Shown: piece by piece, positions 18,739 to 28,553 of the stretch | Layout: every line of letters starts with the position of its first letter | Position numbering within the stretch: position 1 is the first letter of the stretch | IMG/VR virus record: IMGVR_UViG_3300017963_000080 | Coordinates: 1 to 49,747 of that record | DNA length: 49,747 nt | Source: a virus | Lineage: Duplodnaviria > Caudoviricetes | Reading direction: 5' to 3' (one strand) | Made by a program: the position numbers and the translations under genes | The notes under the pieces: model-generated | Database searches by the model: none | Seen by the model: the letters and a program-made list of their open reading frames with translations, nothing else | Told to the model about the DNA's origin: nothing

Positions 18739-20058
18739 ATGTCACTTGCCGCATGGAAAAAGTTTCGAGAAGAGTTGCGAAATCAATTAGATAGTACAGC
18801 CATCCTCCCATCCGAATTTCAACCGCCTCAGTTCTCCCCATCATGCCAGAGAGTTGAACAATGGTGGGCATCAGACGCAAAAATAAAATTACTTGTTGGA
18901 GCCAATCAAAGCGGAAAATCTGAAACAGCCGGTGCTTATGTTTCCGATTTTATGCGAAACAATCCAAACACCTTAATATGGGCGGTTGCAACAACGTTTG
19001 AAATGAGTAAGATCTGTTATGACAAAATAACGAAGTACTTGCATCCGTCTGAAATTGAAGGTGTGAATTGGGCAGCAAAAGGGAAGGGAATAGCACATTC
19101 ATTGCGGCATATAAACGGTTCCGAAGTTGTATTCAAATCATGTGATTCCGGTTTCCGGAAGTTTGAAGGGGCACAGGTCAACCTTATCTGGGCAGATGAA
19201 GAAATTAAAGACAAGCCGGTTTATACCTCATGTGTTGCAAGAACAACCATGACGCAAGGACAAATAATCCTTTCCATGACCCCCTTAATGGGAAAAACTT
19301 GGATATACCATGAGTTATTCAAAAGCCCCTCTCCCCAAATTTTCGCAACCACAATTACCCTGTATGATAACATCTACTTGCCTGACGATCAACGGGAACA
19401 ATTGATCGCATTATACTCTGAAGATGAGAGGAGGTACAGAGTATATGGCAAATGGGGGCAACTTACAGGGAGGATATACCGAAAGTTTTCCGACAGAACG
19501 CATGTCATTCCATTCTCACGAAGTATTATTGAGAGATGCCGCACTATCATCAGGGGATTAGATTTCGGGCGTAACAAGGCATGTATATGGATTGGATTAG
19601 ACGATAATGATGTTGCTTATGTGCTTGCCGAATGGAAGCAGCAGGAAGTCACACTGAGGGAGATGGCAGAGGAAATGAAGCGCATAGAGAAGGATGTTCT
19701 GTGCCGAAACAGTGACGACACGGTTTCTGACCATGCATTCCAGGAGCGATTTGAACTCGAAAACTTTGATGTATATTGCGAACCAGCAAAAAAAACTCTA
19801 CAACTTGGCTTTGAAATTGTCAGAAGAAGGCTTGAGCTTGACAAGCTTACAGGAACCCCTGCACTACTCGTATGCGATTCCTGCGTGAAAGTCATCGACG
19901 AAATGGAGAACTATGTCTCCAAGGGAGATAACAGTTTTGTTCCTAAGTCCGGGCAAGATGACCACTTGGTTGACACCCTCCGTTATGCCGTTGTTAAGGC
20001 AGAAGAATATAGTCAAAAGAAATTTGGGGAAATCCCCAAAATAAAAACCGTCTTTTAA
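18739..20058 (+). CDS. terL: Terminase large subunit
   Basis: GANQSGKS Walker A; WADEE; SMTP; GLDFG and DDHLVDTLRY nuclease motifs. Confidence 0.93.
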   Translation: MSLAAWKKFREELRNQLDSTAILPSEFQPPQFSPSCQRVEQWWASDAKIKLLVGANQSGKSETAGAYVSDFMRNNPNTLIWAVATTFEMSKICYDKITKYLHPSEIEGVNWAAKGKGIAHSLRHINGSEVVFKSCDSGFRKFEGAQVNLIWADEEIKDKPVYTSCVARTTMTQGQIILSMTPLMGKTWIYHELFKSPSPQIFATTITLYDNIYLPDDQREQLIALYSEDERRYRVYGKWGQLTGRIYRKFSDRTHVIPFSRSIIERCRTIIRGLDFGRNKACIWIGLDDNDVAYVLAEWKQQEVTLREMAEEMKRIEKDVLCRNSDDTVSDHAFQERFELENFDVYCEPAKKTLQLGFEIVRRRLELDKLTGTPALLVCDSCVKVIDEMENYVSKGDNSFVPKSGQDDHLVDTLRYAVVKAEEYSQKKFGEIPKIKTVF

Positions 20059-20158
20059 CTCACCCCCATGCTCAACTCATAAAAATAATAACTTTTTTTA
20101 TTGGGCAAAACTGCCTTGTGTAAGACGATGAGGTCAATAACGGCTTGGAATCAGCACA

Positions 20159-20268
20159 AAAAATTCTCTTTTTTTTTGAAATAGTACTTGACATATGTCA
20201 AGTACGGACTTATAGTATATGTGATGCTAATGAAATAAAAGATAAAAACTTTAAAAAAGGAGAAGAAT
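20159..20268 (+). promoter_or_regulatory. Sigma70-like promoter cassette copy 2
   Basis: Perfect palindrome gtacttgacatatgtcaagtac 20184-20205; TTGACA-17-TATAGT; ~110 bp near-identical to 10291-10400. Confidence 0.85.
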
Positions 20269-20625
20269 ATGAACGTCATTATCAATGAAACCCAAAAAAA
20301 AGAAGACTTGACAATCATCGACTCCAACATCGAGTGGACTCTTGACCTGCTCGGAAATTGTGGGGTTAATCCTTCATATGATGGTCAATACCACATGGAT
20401 CAGGAAGATTACGCATGGTGGAAAAAGTACATCGAGGGTTGCAATGCGACCGAGCAAGAGATTGCGTCCCTCATCGAAGAAACTGGTGCCCCAGCAGAAG
20501 AGATTAGGAAACGTGTCTGGGAATATTTGGGACAGATGGACATGGAAGATGAACGGGGCCGTGCAACACATATTCTGGCAGAAATTGCTGATGAATATGG
20601 TGTGCCCTACGTACAGATGGATTAG
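20269..20625 (+). CDS. Acidic hypothetical (early) protein
   Basis: After the promoter and RBS aaggag; D/E-rich. Confidence 0.7.
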   Translation: MNVIINETQKKEDLTIIDSNIEWTLDLLGNCGVNPSYDGQYHMDQEDYAWWKKYIEGCNATEQEIASLIEETGAPAEEIRKRVWEYLGQMDMEDERGRATHILAEIADEYGVPYVQMD

Positions 20626-20722
20626 AGCCAGATATTGTGGCTCTAACTAAAAAAAAATGGCTTAAAAATCTAGTCCATCTAATAGGGGATTAGATGGACT
20701 AGATTTTTAGAAAAGAGATGTT

Positions 20723-21451
20723 ATGGCAGATCAAAAAAAACTAAAAATATTAAAGAAAGGATCTGCCGCCTGGAACAAATGTAGGCAAAAACATCCGGGC
20801 GTAAAGATTGATCTTCAAGAGGTAGACCTCCGAGAGGCAAACCTCCGGAAAGCAGACCTCATAGCGGCAGACCTCCGAGGAGCAGACCTCCGAGGAGCAG
20901 ACCTCATAGCGGCAGACCTCCGAGGAGCAGACCTCATAGCGGCAGACCTCCGAGATGCAAAACTCCGAGGAGCAGACCTCATAGAGGCAGACCTCCGAGA
21001 TGCAAACCTCCGAGGAGCAGACCTATGGAAAGCAGACCTCAGGGGTGCAAAACTCCGAGGAGCAGACCTCCGAGGAGCAGACCTCATAGCGGCAGACCTC
21101 CGAGATGCAGACCTCCGAGGAGCAGACCTCCGAGGAGCAGACCTCAGAGGAGCAGACCTCAGAGGAGCAGACCTCCGAGAGGTGAATTCGCCATATTCAA
21201 ACCTATTGAAAGCAGACCTCAGAGGGGCAGGATTCCCTAAGAGTGATTGCATCATGGAAGTAGATGGGTACCACGTACATTTCCAAGGCGGTGAGTCCCT
21301 CCGCGTAGGCTGCACTTGCGATCCTATTGATTGGTGGATCGACCAGTCGATTGAAACGCTGGCAGAATTAGACTATGGTCTGACGGAATCTACCGTCAAG
21401 ATCTTAAAAGAAAAACTTGTAGCCAAGGCACAAGAGCTTGGCTACTTATAA
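20723..21451 (+). CDS. Pentapeptide repeat protein (copy 2)
   Basis: ADLRG repeats; C-domain near-identical to copy 1. Confidence 0.92.
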   Translation: MADQKKLKILKKGSAAWNKCRQKHPGVKIDLQEVDLREANLRKADLIAADLRGADLRGADLIAADLRGADLIAADLRDAKLRGADLIEADLRDANLRGADLWKADLRGAKLRGADLRGADLIAADLRDADLRGADLRGADLRGADLRGADLREVNSPYSNLLKADLRGAGFPKSDCIMEVDGYHVHFQGGESLRVGCTCDPIDWWIDQSIETLAELDYGLTESTVKILKEKLVAKAQELGYL

Positions 21452-21493
21452 AAAAGTCTTGACAGGTAATGGACTTGGTATATATATATATGT

Positions 21494-21718
21494 ATGGCTA
21501 AGATCATTATCTGTCAAATATGTAAGAAACGGCAACCTCAGCAAGCGAAGGGGCTATGCCATAATTGTTACCAAAAAAAACACGGATATTTCGTTGTATT
21601 CCGTGCTAAAAAGATTAAGCGACAAAAACATTACGAGAAAATCATAGAGTACCATCAAAGGTATATGCAAACCCACCAGGAAACCCAACCAAAAAGAACC
21701 CCCAAAAAGACACAATAA
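21494..21718 (+). CDS. Small basic Zn-finger protein
   Basis: CQIC...AKGLCHNCY; TTGACA promoter upstream at about 21459. Confidence 0.55.
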   Translation: MAKIIICQICKKRQPQQAKGLCHNCYQKKHGYFVVFRAKKIKRQKHYEKIIEYHQRYMQTHQETQPKRTPKKTQ

Positions 21719-21819
21719 TAGCACACAGACATGGCTTGCTAGAAATATAGTTGCATTTCCCCACTAATGTATTATCTTAAAGTTATATCATTATATGAAT
21801 AACTTTAAGAGGGGAAAGC

Positions 21820-22797
21820 ATGAAAACTGGAGCAACGATCCTCAACCTTGTATACGATAGTATCAACCAAGCTATACGCATAGTTGGCTCTTCATTTGGG
21901 CTAGATTCTGACGCCACACACGGTGATCCCGCTAACGACACGACCAACCAAGTCTCTACAGAAGCAAAAGATTTTGATGGTTCTGCACTTCCGAACGCAG
22001 TTAATGAGGGAGACGCTGTAAGACCTGCCTCAACTCTGTACGGAATACAATATTCTTTTCCGACCAACGAAGATGGGAGTCTGACGCCTGTCAATGCTTC
22101 CGGAAATTTCAACGTTGACGTAGTCTCCAGCACAGGTGCTAATCTAGCACAAGAGACAGGGGGAAATCTTGATACAATAGCATCCTCTATTGGAAATCTT
22201 GATACGTTGGGAGGTGCTATCGGAACAGATGGTACTGACCCTGGAGCCAGTCCTGACATATCGTTGATGGGTGGAGAATACCGGACAATTGATTCCGCGT
22301 ATAATGATGGTGAAGCAACAATCCTCCAGACAGACCTAGCAGGGAAGCTTAAAACCGCTGGGTACGATGGTGCATTTGATATTATTAAAATTCAGGAACA
22401 ATCACCTCTACCATCATTTCGAGAAGATTTTACGCGTTTAGTGACGACACAAGATGTAGGGGTAGCAGACGGAGTCGCGGTTAATCAGGGATCTGGAATA
22501 GCGACAGCAGGCTATACTAAACTTGGGTTGTGGGTTGACTTTATAGCTAATGATTCTATTGGCAGCAAAATACAGGTGCTTGTAAGACGTGAGGCGAGCG
22601 GAGACGATCATGAATTGGAGTCACTGCAAGACTACCAGAGGCTCTTAGGTGATTCAAGCAAAAAAGTTTTTTTGTCATTTGAGCTTGATAATTTGATCCG
22701 TGAAGTACAGGTTCAGACTCTTGCTGATGATGTGATCAGTAGTGGCGGGACGACAGAGGCAACAGTAACAATTGACTATACTAAAGGATGGGCATAA
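21820..22797 (+). CDS. Putative virion structural protein
   Basis: G/T/D/S-rich; first gene of the late cluster. Confidence 0.55.
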   Translation: MKTGATILNLVYDSINQAIRIVGSSFGLDSDATHGDPANDTTNQVSTEAKDFDGSALPNAVNEGDAVRPASTLYGIQYSFPTNEDGSLTPVNASGNFNVDVVSSTGANLAQETGGNLDTIASSIGNLDTLGGAIGTDGTDPGASPDISLMGGEYRTIDSAYNDGEATILQTDLAGKLKTAGYDGAFDIIKIQEQSPLPSFREDFTRLVTTQDVGVADGVAVNQGSGIATAGYTKLGLWVDFIANDSIGSKIQVLVRREASGDDHELESLQDYQRLLGDSSKKVFLSFELDNLIREVQVQTLADDVISSGGTTEATVTIDYTKGWA

Positions 22798-23342
22798 TGT
22801 CAGGCTTTACAAAATCCCCGGCGGTTGATAGATCCACGCAAACACAACAAGTAATTGCTTATGAACACCACGAGATACACTCAGGCAGCCACTTCTACTA
22901 CACCGAATACGATACTGTCTTAGACGCTACTGATACTATGGACATTCTAATTGTTACCCCCGACACAACTAAATGGGGTCATCTCATCTTTAATGTCAGT
23001 GCTCCTCTTGACACCACCGTAGAATTGTTTGAGTCATCAACACATACTAATGGTTCACAAAAAACGACATTCAACAGTAACCGTAACTCAAGCAACACGG
23101 CCACTTTAGCATTATATGCAAGTAATGATGATGGTGCTGATGGTACGACAATATTTGGTGACTCATTCGGATTGTCTACTGGGAGCGGGATTGGGAGAGT
23201 TACCGCTGGTGGAAGCTCTCGTGGTGAAAGGGAAATAGAATTGAAACAAAATACAAAATATCTATTTCGTGTCACATCGAACACAGATGGCAACAAGGCG
23301 TCTATTTACTTCTCGTGGTACGAACATAGGGACAAACAGTAA
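22797..23342 (+). CDS. Putative virion protein
   Basis: T/S/G-rich; YEHHEIHSGSHF; operon context. Confidence 0.55.
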   Translation: MSGFTKSPAVDRSTQTQQVIAYEHHEIHSGSHFYYTEYDTVLDATDTMDILIVTPDTTKWGHLIFNVSAPLDTTVELFESSTHTNGSQKTTFNSNRNSSNTATLALYASNDDGADGTTIFGDSFGLSTGSGIGRVTAGGSSRGEREIELKQNTKYLFRVTSNTDGNKASIYFSWYEHRDKQ

Positions 23343-23353
23343 AGGATGTATCC

Positions 23354-23683
23354 ATGACAATATGTGAGGAAGGTTTTTTAAATCAATTCGTAAAGAGTGT
23401 TGCTGAGGGGGGGTGGGGTGTCCCTGAATATATCGTGTCAATCATGGCAGAAAATCGTGGGTACACTATTCAGGAGTTCTATGATACGATTCAGGCATCT
23501 GGCTTGGACGCCTCAGTTAAGGCTCTTTCTCTCGCGCAAATTCGGCAAATTTGCGAATGGATGGTAGGCAAAGAATTCACCGGCGTTGAAGTCGGTAACT
23601 ATGCAAGCCAAAGCATCACCTATGAGTATGTTCCTGGTACGAGAGCAATTTCTAAGAATCTGCCTAAAAATAAGAAAAAGTAA
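23354..23683 (+). CDS. Hypothetical protein
   Basis: ORF with RBS in the late cluster. Confidence 0.55.
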   Translation: MTICEEGFLNQFVKSVAEGGWGVPEYIVSIMAENRGYTIQEFYDTIQASGLDASVKALSLAQIRQICEWMVGKEFTGVEVGNYASQSITYEYVPGTRAISKNLPKNKKK

Positions 23684-24795
23684 TGAGAGAGGCACTGTAC
23701 AAGCTACAGGGAACTGATGTTGTTTGGCGCGAGACGTTTCAGAATGTATCGCTAAACAGCGGCGATTCAACTGACGTGTTTTTTTTAAATGGAGTCGCTA
23801 CGTTTAACGGGACCTCTTCTAAGATCGAATATCAGAACGCGTCTGGAACAAAAAGCCTTAGAATTATTTTAACCCCCAGCCTAACGACAACGGAAGTGCT
23901 GAAATTGACCAGTACTCATAATATCACGATTTCAAGTAGTACCGTCGTCGCTAATGGATTTACTGGTACATCAATTTACGTTAATGGGGTATCAGGGAGC
24001 GCAATTACACCTGGGGTGTCTAACGAGATTGTTATCACATACACATCTCAAGTAATTCCGGATAGCTTTGTGGTTGGGCAGATTACTGGATACTTTACCG
24101 GAGACATTGAATTAATTGAGCTTTATCGCGTAGAATTAAATCAATATATAGTATCTAATCTCTATAATAATACTCAATATGTAGGGATAACACAGGATGG
24201 ACTCCGAAGCTTATGGAATTTTACTCTCGGAAATTCTAACGATATTAGTGGCAATGGCAATAATGGAGTTGACACTAATATGACGTATAAGATCCAAGGG
24301 GCTTCATTTCTCGTCGGAACTGGTGCTTACATAACATTACCACAGCCGTTCAATGAGCAGGATTTTACCCTTGGCATAGTCCTGACGCCAGTCAATTCTG
24401 CTGATAAATTTATTTTTGATGGCAGGGACGGTGGAGGAGATGGTGTCCTTGTGAATTTTAATTTCCAGGGACGTGCCCGCTGTACCTACAATAACTCAAC
24501 CATCAAGATAACGACTAATCCATTGACTGAAAATAAAACGTATTTCCTTGCTTACACCGCAGGAAATAATCAATTGAGAGGTTTTTTAAACTCAGAAGAG
24601 CAGGGAACGCCGGTTGATATCACCGGGCAAGTCTTAAGCGTAACGAACAACCCCAGGATAGGGGCCAGAGCATTTACCTCTCCCTCAGGCTTTTTTAACG
24701 GCTTAATTCACGCTATGGACTGGTATAATAGGGTTCTAACCCCGTCAGAGCTAGAACGGAATTATCAATATTATCGGACACTCTTTGATTTTTAA
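23683..24795 (+). CDS. LamG/concanavalin-like domain virion protein
   Basis: DISGNGNNG, RIG...FFNGLI..MDWYNRVLTPSEL LamG signature. Confidence 0.75.
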   Translation: MREALYKLQGTDVVWRETFQNVSLNSGDSTDVFFLNGVATFNGTSSKIEYQNASGTKSLRIILTPSLTTTEVLKLTSTHNITISSSTVVANGFTGTSIYVNGVSGSAITPGVSNEIVITYTSQVIPDSFVVGQITGYFTGDIELIELYRVELNQYIVSNLYNNTQYVGITQDGLRSLWNFTLGNSNDISGNGNNGVDTNMTYKIQGASFLVGTGAYITLPQPFNEQDFTLGIVLTPVNSADKFIFDGRDGGGDGVLVNFNFQGRARCTYNNSTIKITTNPLTENKTYFLAYTAGNNQLRGFLNSEEQGTPVDITGQVLSVTNNPRIGARAFTSPSGFFNGLIHAMDWYNRVLTPSELERNYQYYRTLFDF

Positions 24796-26064
24796 ATGAA
24801 ACTTTTAGACGCCCTCAAAAAATACTTATTTCCGTCATACTATTGGGATTATGACGGAAAAGGAACATGGACGCAAGGGAGCCCTGATGAAGTCGAAATA
24901 TGTGAAACCCTTGAGAGATTCTTTGACATCGGACTGTCCCCACTTCCTTTTGCTGGCCGCAGATTTCGCGACATAAGCCGTTTGTGGGTTTCTGCCTCTC
25001 CTATATTTGATGAGAATACAGGTCAAATGCTCCATAAAGGTCAAATTATCCCCCCACCTGGTCAAGAGTCCGAAGACGAAGTAATTGATTTTGTGCGCTG
25101 GCAATTTGATGAAGGGATGTTCGAACGGGGATTGAGGACAATATTGTCTCAGATGTCAAGCGCCCTCATTACTTACGGCAGATGTGTTGAGGGAATTGAT
25201 TGGACGCGGGATGAAACTCCTTGGGGAGAAAAAATATTCGCAGCAAATATTTTAGACTATAACCCTGAGTTTTTTTATAAAGATCCTCATGGGTACCAAC
25301 CGGGGATATACCTTAAAGACAGCCGATTTCATACGCTGAACATCAAAAGGCTACCTGATGGACTTATGATGTGGGGGACAAACCACATGTACTTTGAGAA
25401 CCCATACGGGATCTCAGAAATGCGTCTTTTGAACAAAATTGAGGAATATTGGAAAAAGAACTTCCTCTATTGGGCGAGAGGTAACGAGAGAAGCGGAGTT
25501 GGGGCATACATAGGGAAGTACGGTAACAAATTATTAGGAAGGGATAAGGAGAACCTGCGAAAAACTTTCTTTGACGAAATTAAAAAACTCAAAAGTGACA
25601 CAGCTACAATTACTCATATTGAAAATGCGATAGAACAGCTTGATACCAATATTAATGATGAGTCGTTTAAAGGCTTTCACGAGGCGTGTGGACAAATAAT
25701 TTCAGTCGTCTTGACGGGAAGCGTCACAGCGTTACAAGAGGGGCGTGTAGGAGGTTACTCCAAGGAGGAAGCAACAACGACACGCCGTAAAAGTGAACTT
25801 GAGATGCATGACGCGACTCTTGTTGAAGACATATTCAATTACCAGTTTATCCCTCAGCTTGTGAGTATGAATTTTTCAGGAGTCCAAGCTTACCCTAGGA
25901 TGCAGTTAATAGAACCAGACTTAATAATGCCGACAATCCCGAAAGACCAGGATAGTCAGGTAGGAGACGAAGACAGAGAAAACGAGGATGAGGCTGTTAC
26001 GATCTCAGGCTTTCAAGCTGAAAGTAAAAAAAAACTAAGGCGCCAGAAATTGTTAACGATTTAA
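24796..26064 (+). CDS. Portal protein (Mu gp29/DUF935-like)
   Basis: ALITYG...E, NPYGISE, W...ER.G...IGKY, ISVVLTG, LVSMNF. Confidence 0.82.
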   Translation: MKLLDALKKYLFPSYYWDYDGKGTWTQGSPDEVEICETLERFFDIGLSPLPFAGRRFRDISRLWVSASPIFDENTGQMLHKGQIIPPPGQESEDEVIDFVRWQFDEGMFERGLRTILSQMSSALITYGRCVEGIDWTRDETPWGEKIFAANILDYNPEFFYKDPHGYQPGIYLKDSRFHTLNIKRLPDGLMMWGTNHMYFENPYGISEMRLLNKIEEYWKKNFLYWARGNERSGVGAYIGKYGNKLLGRDKENLRKTFFDEIKKLKSDTATITHIENAIEQLDTNINDESFKGFHEACGQIISVVLTGSVTALQEGRVGGYSKEEATTTRRKSELEMHDATLVEDIFNYQFIPQLVSMNFSGVQAYPRMQLIEPDLIMPTIPKDQDSQVGDEDRENEDEAVTISGFQAESKKKLRRQKLLTI

Positions 26065-26084
26065 CGAAAGAAGCAAAGCGCATT

Positions 26085-26651
26085 GTGTTAAGAATGCCAG
26101 TGTACACGCGCAAAGCATTCGATGAATTAAACCCAAAAGAAAAGCGTAAATCGTTCACGATCACTGCGCTTAAAAACAATAAACAAAGTCTTGAACGGAT
26201 TGAGGCTCTACGGAATTTGATCGCTGATACTATACATATTACCGACGAAAAGAAGGCATGGAAGCAATATTTCCGAGAGGCAAGGAAACTTATGAAGGAA
26301 GAGGATCTTAATGTAATACAGAGTGACCTTTTTACCTCGTTTCGATACGCAAGACAGACCGCATATAACCGCGCGCTAGAGGAAATGATAGCAAAAAGTG
26401 AGGATATATTGTGGGGGATACAATGGCAGAGTCAAGATGACGTGAGGGTCAGGCCCACACACGTAAAACTGGATGGGTTGACAAGACCTGTAGATGACCC
26501 TATATGGGACAGGTTGCAAGCTCCCCTGGACTTTGGTTGCCGTTGCTACAAAGTCCCGATAACTAAGGCCATGAAGCAGAATATCCCAGGCCAATACAAA
26601 ATGACGCCTGAAAGTGAAATTCCTCCAATACCAAGAGGCTTTCAGGCTTAA
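26085..26651 (+). CDS. Head morphogenesis protein (Mu gpF/SPP1 gp7-like)
   Basis: QTAYN...D.RVRPTH..LDG....DDPIW....PLDFGCRC. Confidence 0.88.
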   Translation: MLRMPVYTRKAFDELNPKEKRKSFTITALKNNKQSLERIEALRNLIADTIHITDEKKAWKQYFREARKLMKEEDLNVIQSDLFTSFRYARQTAYNRALEEMIAKSEDILWGIQWQSQDDVRVRPTHVKLDGLTRPVDDPIWDRLQAPLDFGCRCYKVPITKAMKQNIPGQYKMTPESEIPPIPRGFQA

Positions 26652-26662
26652 TATATAGAATA

Positions 26663-28129
26663 ATGCCGATAGAACGATGCGAACGAAATAATGAACAAGG
26701 TTGGCGAGGTTTCCCAGAGGGAAAGTGTTATTTAGCCTCTGAAGAAGGTCATGATGAAACTGCGAAGAAGAAGGCTATTGACCAAGCAATAGCGGCTGGA
26801 ATCAACCCAGAAGAGTTTGATGGGCATGAAGAGAGAGAAAAAAGACTTTCTAATCTAGCTTATGAGGCAATGAGAGAGATGGAAGAGATTAAAGAATACG
26901 CTGAATTAGTTGACATAGAAATTTTTAGGCCCGGTGTGCATAATGGGACATATTATTCATCTGAAATGCTTGATGAGATGATAGAGTCAACAAACGCATG
27001 TCTACCTTTAATCTTGGAGAGTATTGAAAAAGGTGAATACCCTGGAAATCCAGGACTTAATAGCGAAATAAAACGTTCTGGGAAACCTATTCCCGCTTTC
27101 ATCAACCTTGGGCATCAGCGTTATTTAAAGGATATTAAGAGTCTTCTTAAAGGAATGAAAGTAAGGTTCGCGAAAAAAGGACAGTCATTAATTGCCAATC
27201 TAGAGGGGGTCAAGGATGATATAGCCTTGATGCTACAGGAAGTCTTCAACGGGCGTTCGGTTGAGCTGATAACCAATCTATACAACCCAAAAGACGGCAA
27301 AACATATAAAAACGTAATACGTTCAATCGGTTTCTTGCCAGATAATATGGCGCCTGGAGTTTCGGGAATGTCTCCAGAAATTACAGTCAATTTTGCCAAA
27401 AACACGCCTACAGGTTTCTTGGCATTGTATCACAAGGTAACAGTAGGACAACATGATAACTTAAAACAGGAGGATCAACCTATGCCTGATAAAGACGTGC
27501 AAAAAAAAGAGGCTATGACTCAACACAATGAGGAAACACAGCCCTCGACGGAGGGAACCAAGAACCCTCCTGAAGTCAGACTAGAAGAATTTGAAAGCCT
27601 AAGGTCAAAGGTAGAGACGCTCGAGAAAGAGAAGAAAGTGCAAGCAGATCTTATGCGAAAGCAGGCCCACGAGCTTGATCTGCAATCAATCGAAATGTAT
27701 TGTCGGGAACTTAGTGCAAAAAAAGTAAAAGGTGATAACGGCTTTGATTTTATTCTCTCTCAAAAGCTGGTTGATGCCGTTAAGCCAATTATCTCAAGCT
27801 TAGATAATGCTAATATCATCGAATTCTCAAATGATATATCAGCAACTACACGAGAGGCAGTTAAAACATTAGTCTCCAATATTATTGAGATGGCGGCTGA
27901 TAACACTTTGCTTGTCCCCGTAAGGGGACTCAGAGATCTCCAATCAACTCACACTCCCCCTGAAGAAAAGCGCGAACCAAAACCAATGCGCGAAATGATC
28001 ATGGAGTTTTACGGGGCAGACGGGAAGATGCTTGCAAAGAACCCGAGTAACGAACATGAGGTATATCTCAAGGCAATGGATGCGGCCTCAAGAGATGGAT
28101 ACCGTAAAATCAACACAGGAGGTAAGTAA
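26663..28129 (+). CDS. Prohead protease/scaffold (Mu-like)
   Basis: EIFRPG.H, LGH, RSVEL, coiled-coil C-terminus; position before the capsid genes. Confidence 0.7.
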   Translation: MPIERCERNNEQGWRGFPEGKCYLASEEGHDETAKKKAIDQAIAAGINPEEFDGHEEREKRLSNLAYEAMREMEEIKEYAELVDIEIFRPGVHNGTYYSSEMLDEMIESTNACLPLILESIEKGEYPGNPGLNSEIKRSGKPIPAFINLGHQRYLKDIKSLLKGMKVRFAKKGQSLIANLEGVKDDIALMLQEVFNGRSVELITNLYNPKDGKTYKNVIRSIGFLPDNMAPGVSGMSPEITVNFAKNTPTGFLALYHKVTVGQHDNLKQEDQPMPDKDVQKKEAMTQHNEETQPSTEGTKNPPEVRLEEFESLRSKVETLEKEKKVQADLMRKQAHELDLQSIEMYCRELSAKKVKGDNGFDFILSQKLVDAVKPIISSLDNANIIEFSNDISATTREAVKTLVSNIIEMAADNTLLVPVRGLRDLQSTHTPPEEKREPKPMREMIMEFYGADGKMLAKNPSNEHEVYLKAMDAASRDGYRKINTGGK

Positions 28130-28130
28130 T

Positions 28131-28538
28131 ATGGCATTTCGATACCCATCAGAATTATGGAGTACAGAAGATGTAAGATCTGCAAGTGCAGGTGAGGAGA
28201 TGACGCTTGACCGCGCATGTGTCAAGTTAAGTGCATCAGATACCATTGTCAAGACGACAGCCGATACAGATGTGGCAGTCGGCATTCTAAAAATGAATGA
28301 TACCACGCAAGCCTCCGGTGAACAGATTGAGTATTTTTGCAAAGGAGAGTTAGTCTTTGTGGCTGGTGGGGCAATCGCGATTAACGACCCATTGTGTCCA
28401 GATGATGGAACGGCGGGGCGTGTCCGGAAAGCCGTTTCTGGCGACAGAGTTATCGGGTACGCGATGGAAGCAGCAAGTGGAGCCGGTGTGTATTGCCTTG
28501 GTCGTTTTGACTTTGGTAACAACACTCTGTTGGCTTAG
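28131..28538 (+). CDS. Capsid cement/decoration protein (DUF2190-like)
   Basis: AVGI...AGGAI...G.A.EAA.GAG pattern; RBS aggagg. Confidence 0.7.
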   Translation: MAFRYPSELWSTEDVRSASAGEEMTLDRACVKLSASDTIVKTTADTDVAVGILKMNDTTQASGEQIEYFCKGELVFVAGGAIAINDPLCPDDGTAGRVRKAVSGDRVIGYAMEAASGAGVYCLGRFDFGNNTLLA

Positions 28539-28553
28539 GGGAGAAGACAGAAA

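Noticed and set aside
20820-21230. Tandem gcagacctc repeats as a CRISPR array
   Set aside because: 15-bp period with no unique spacers; they encode in-frame pentapeptide repeats (also 11400-11740).
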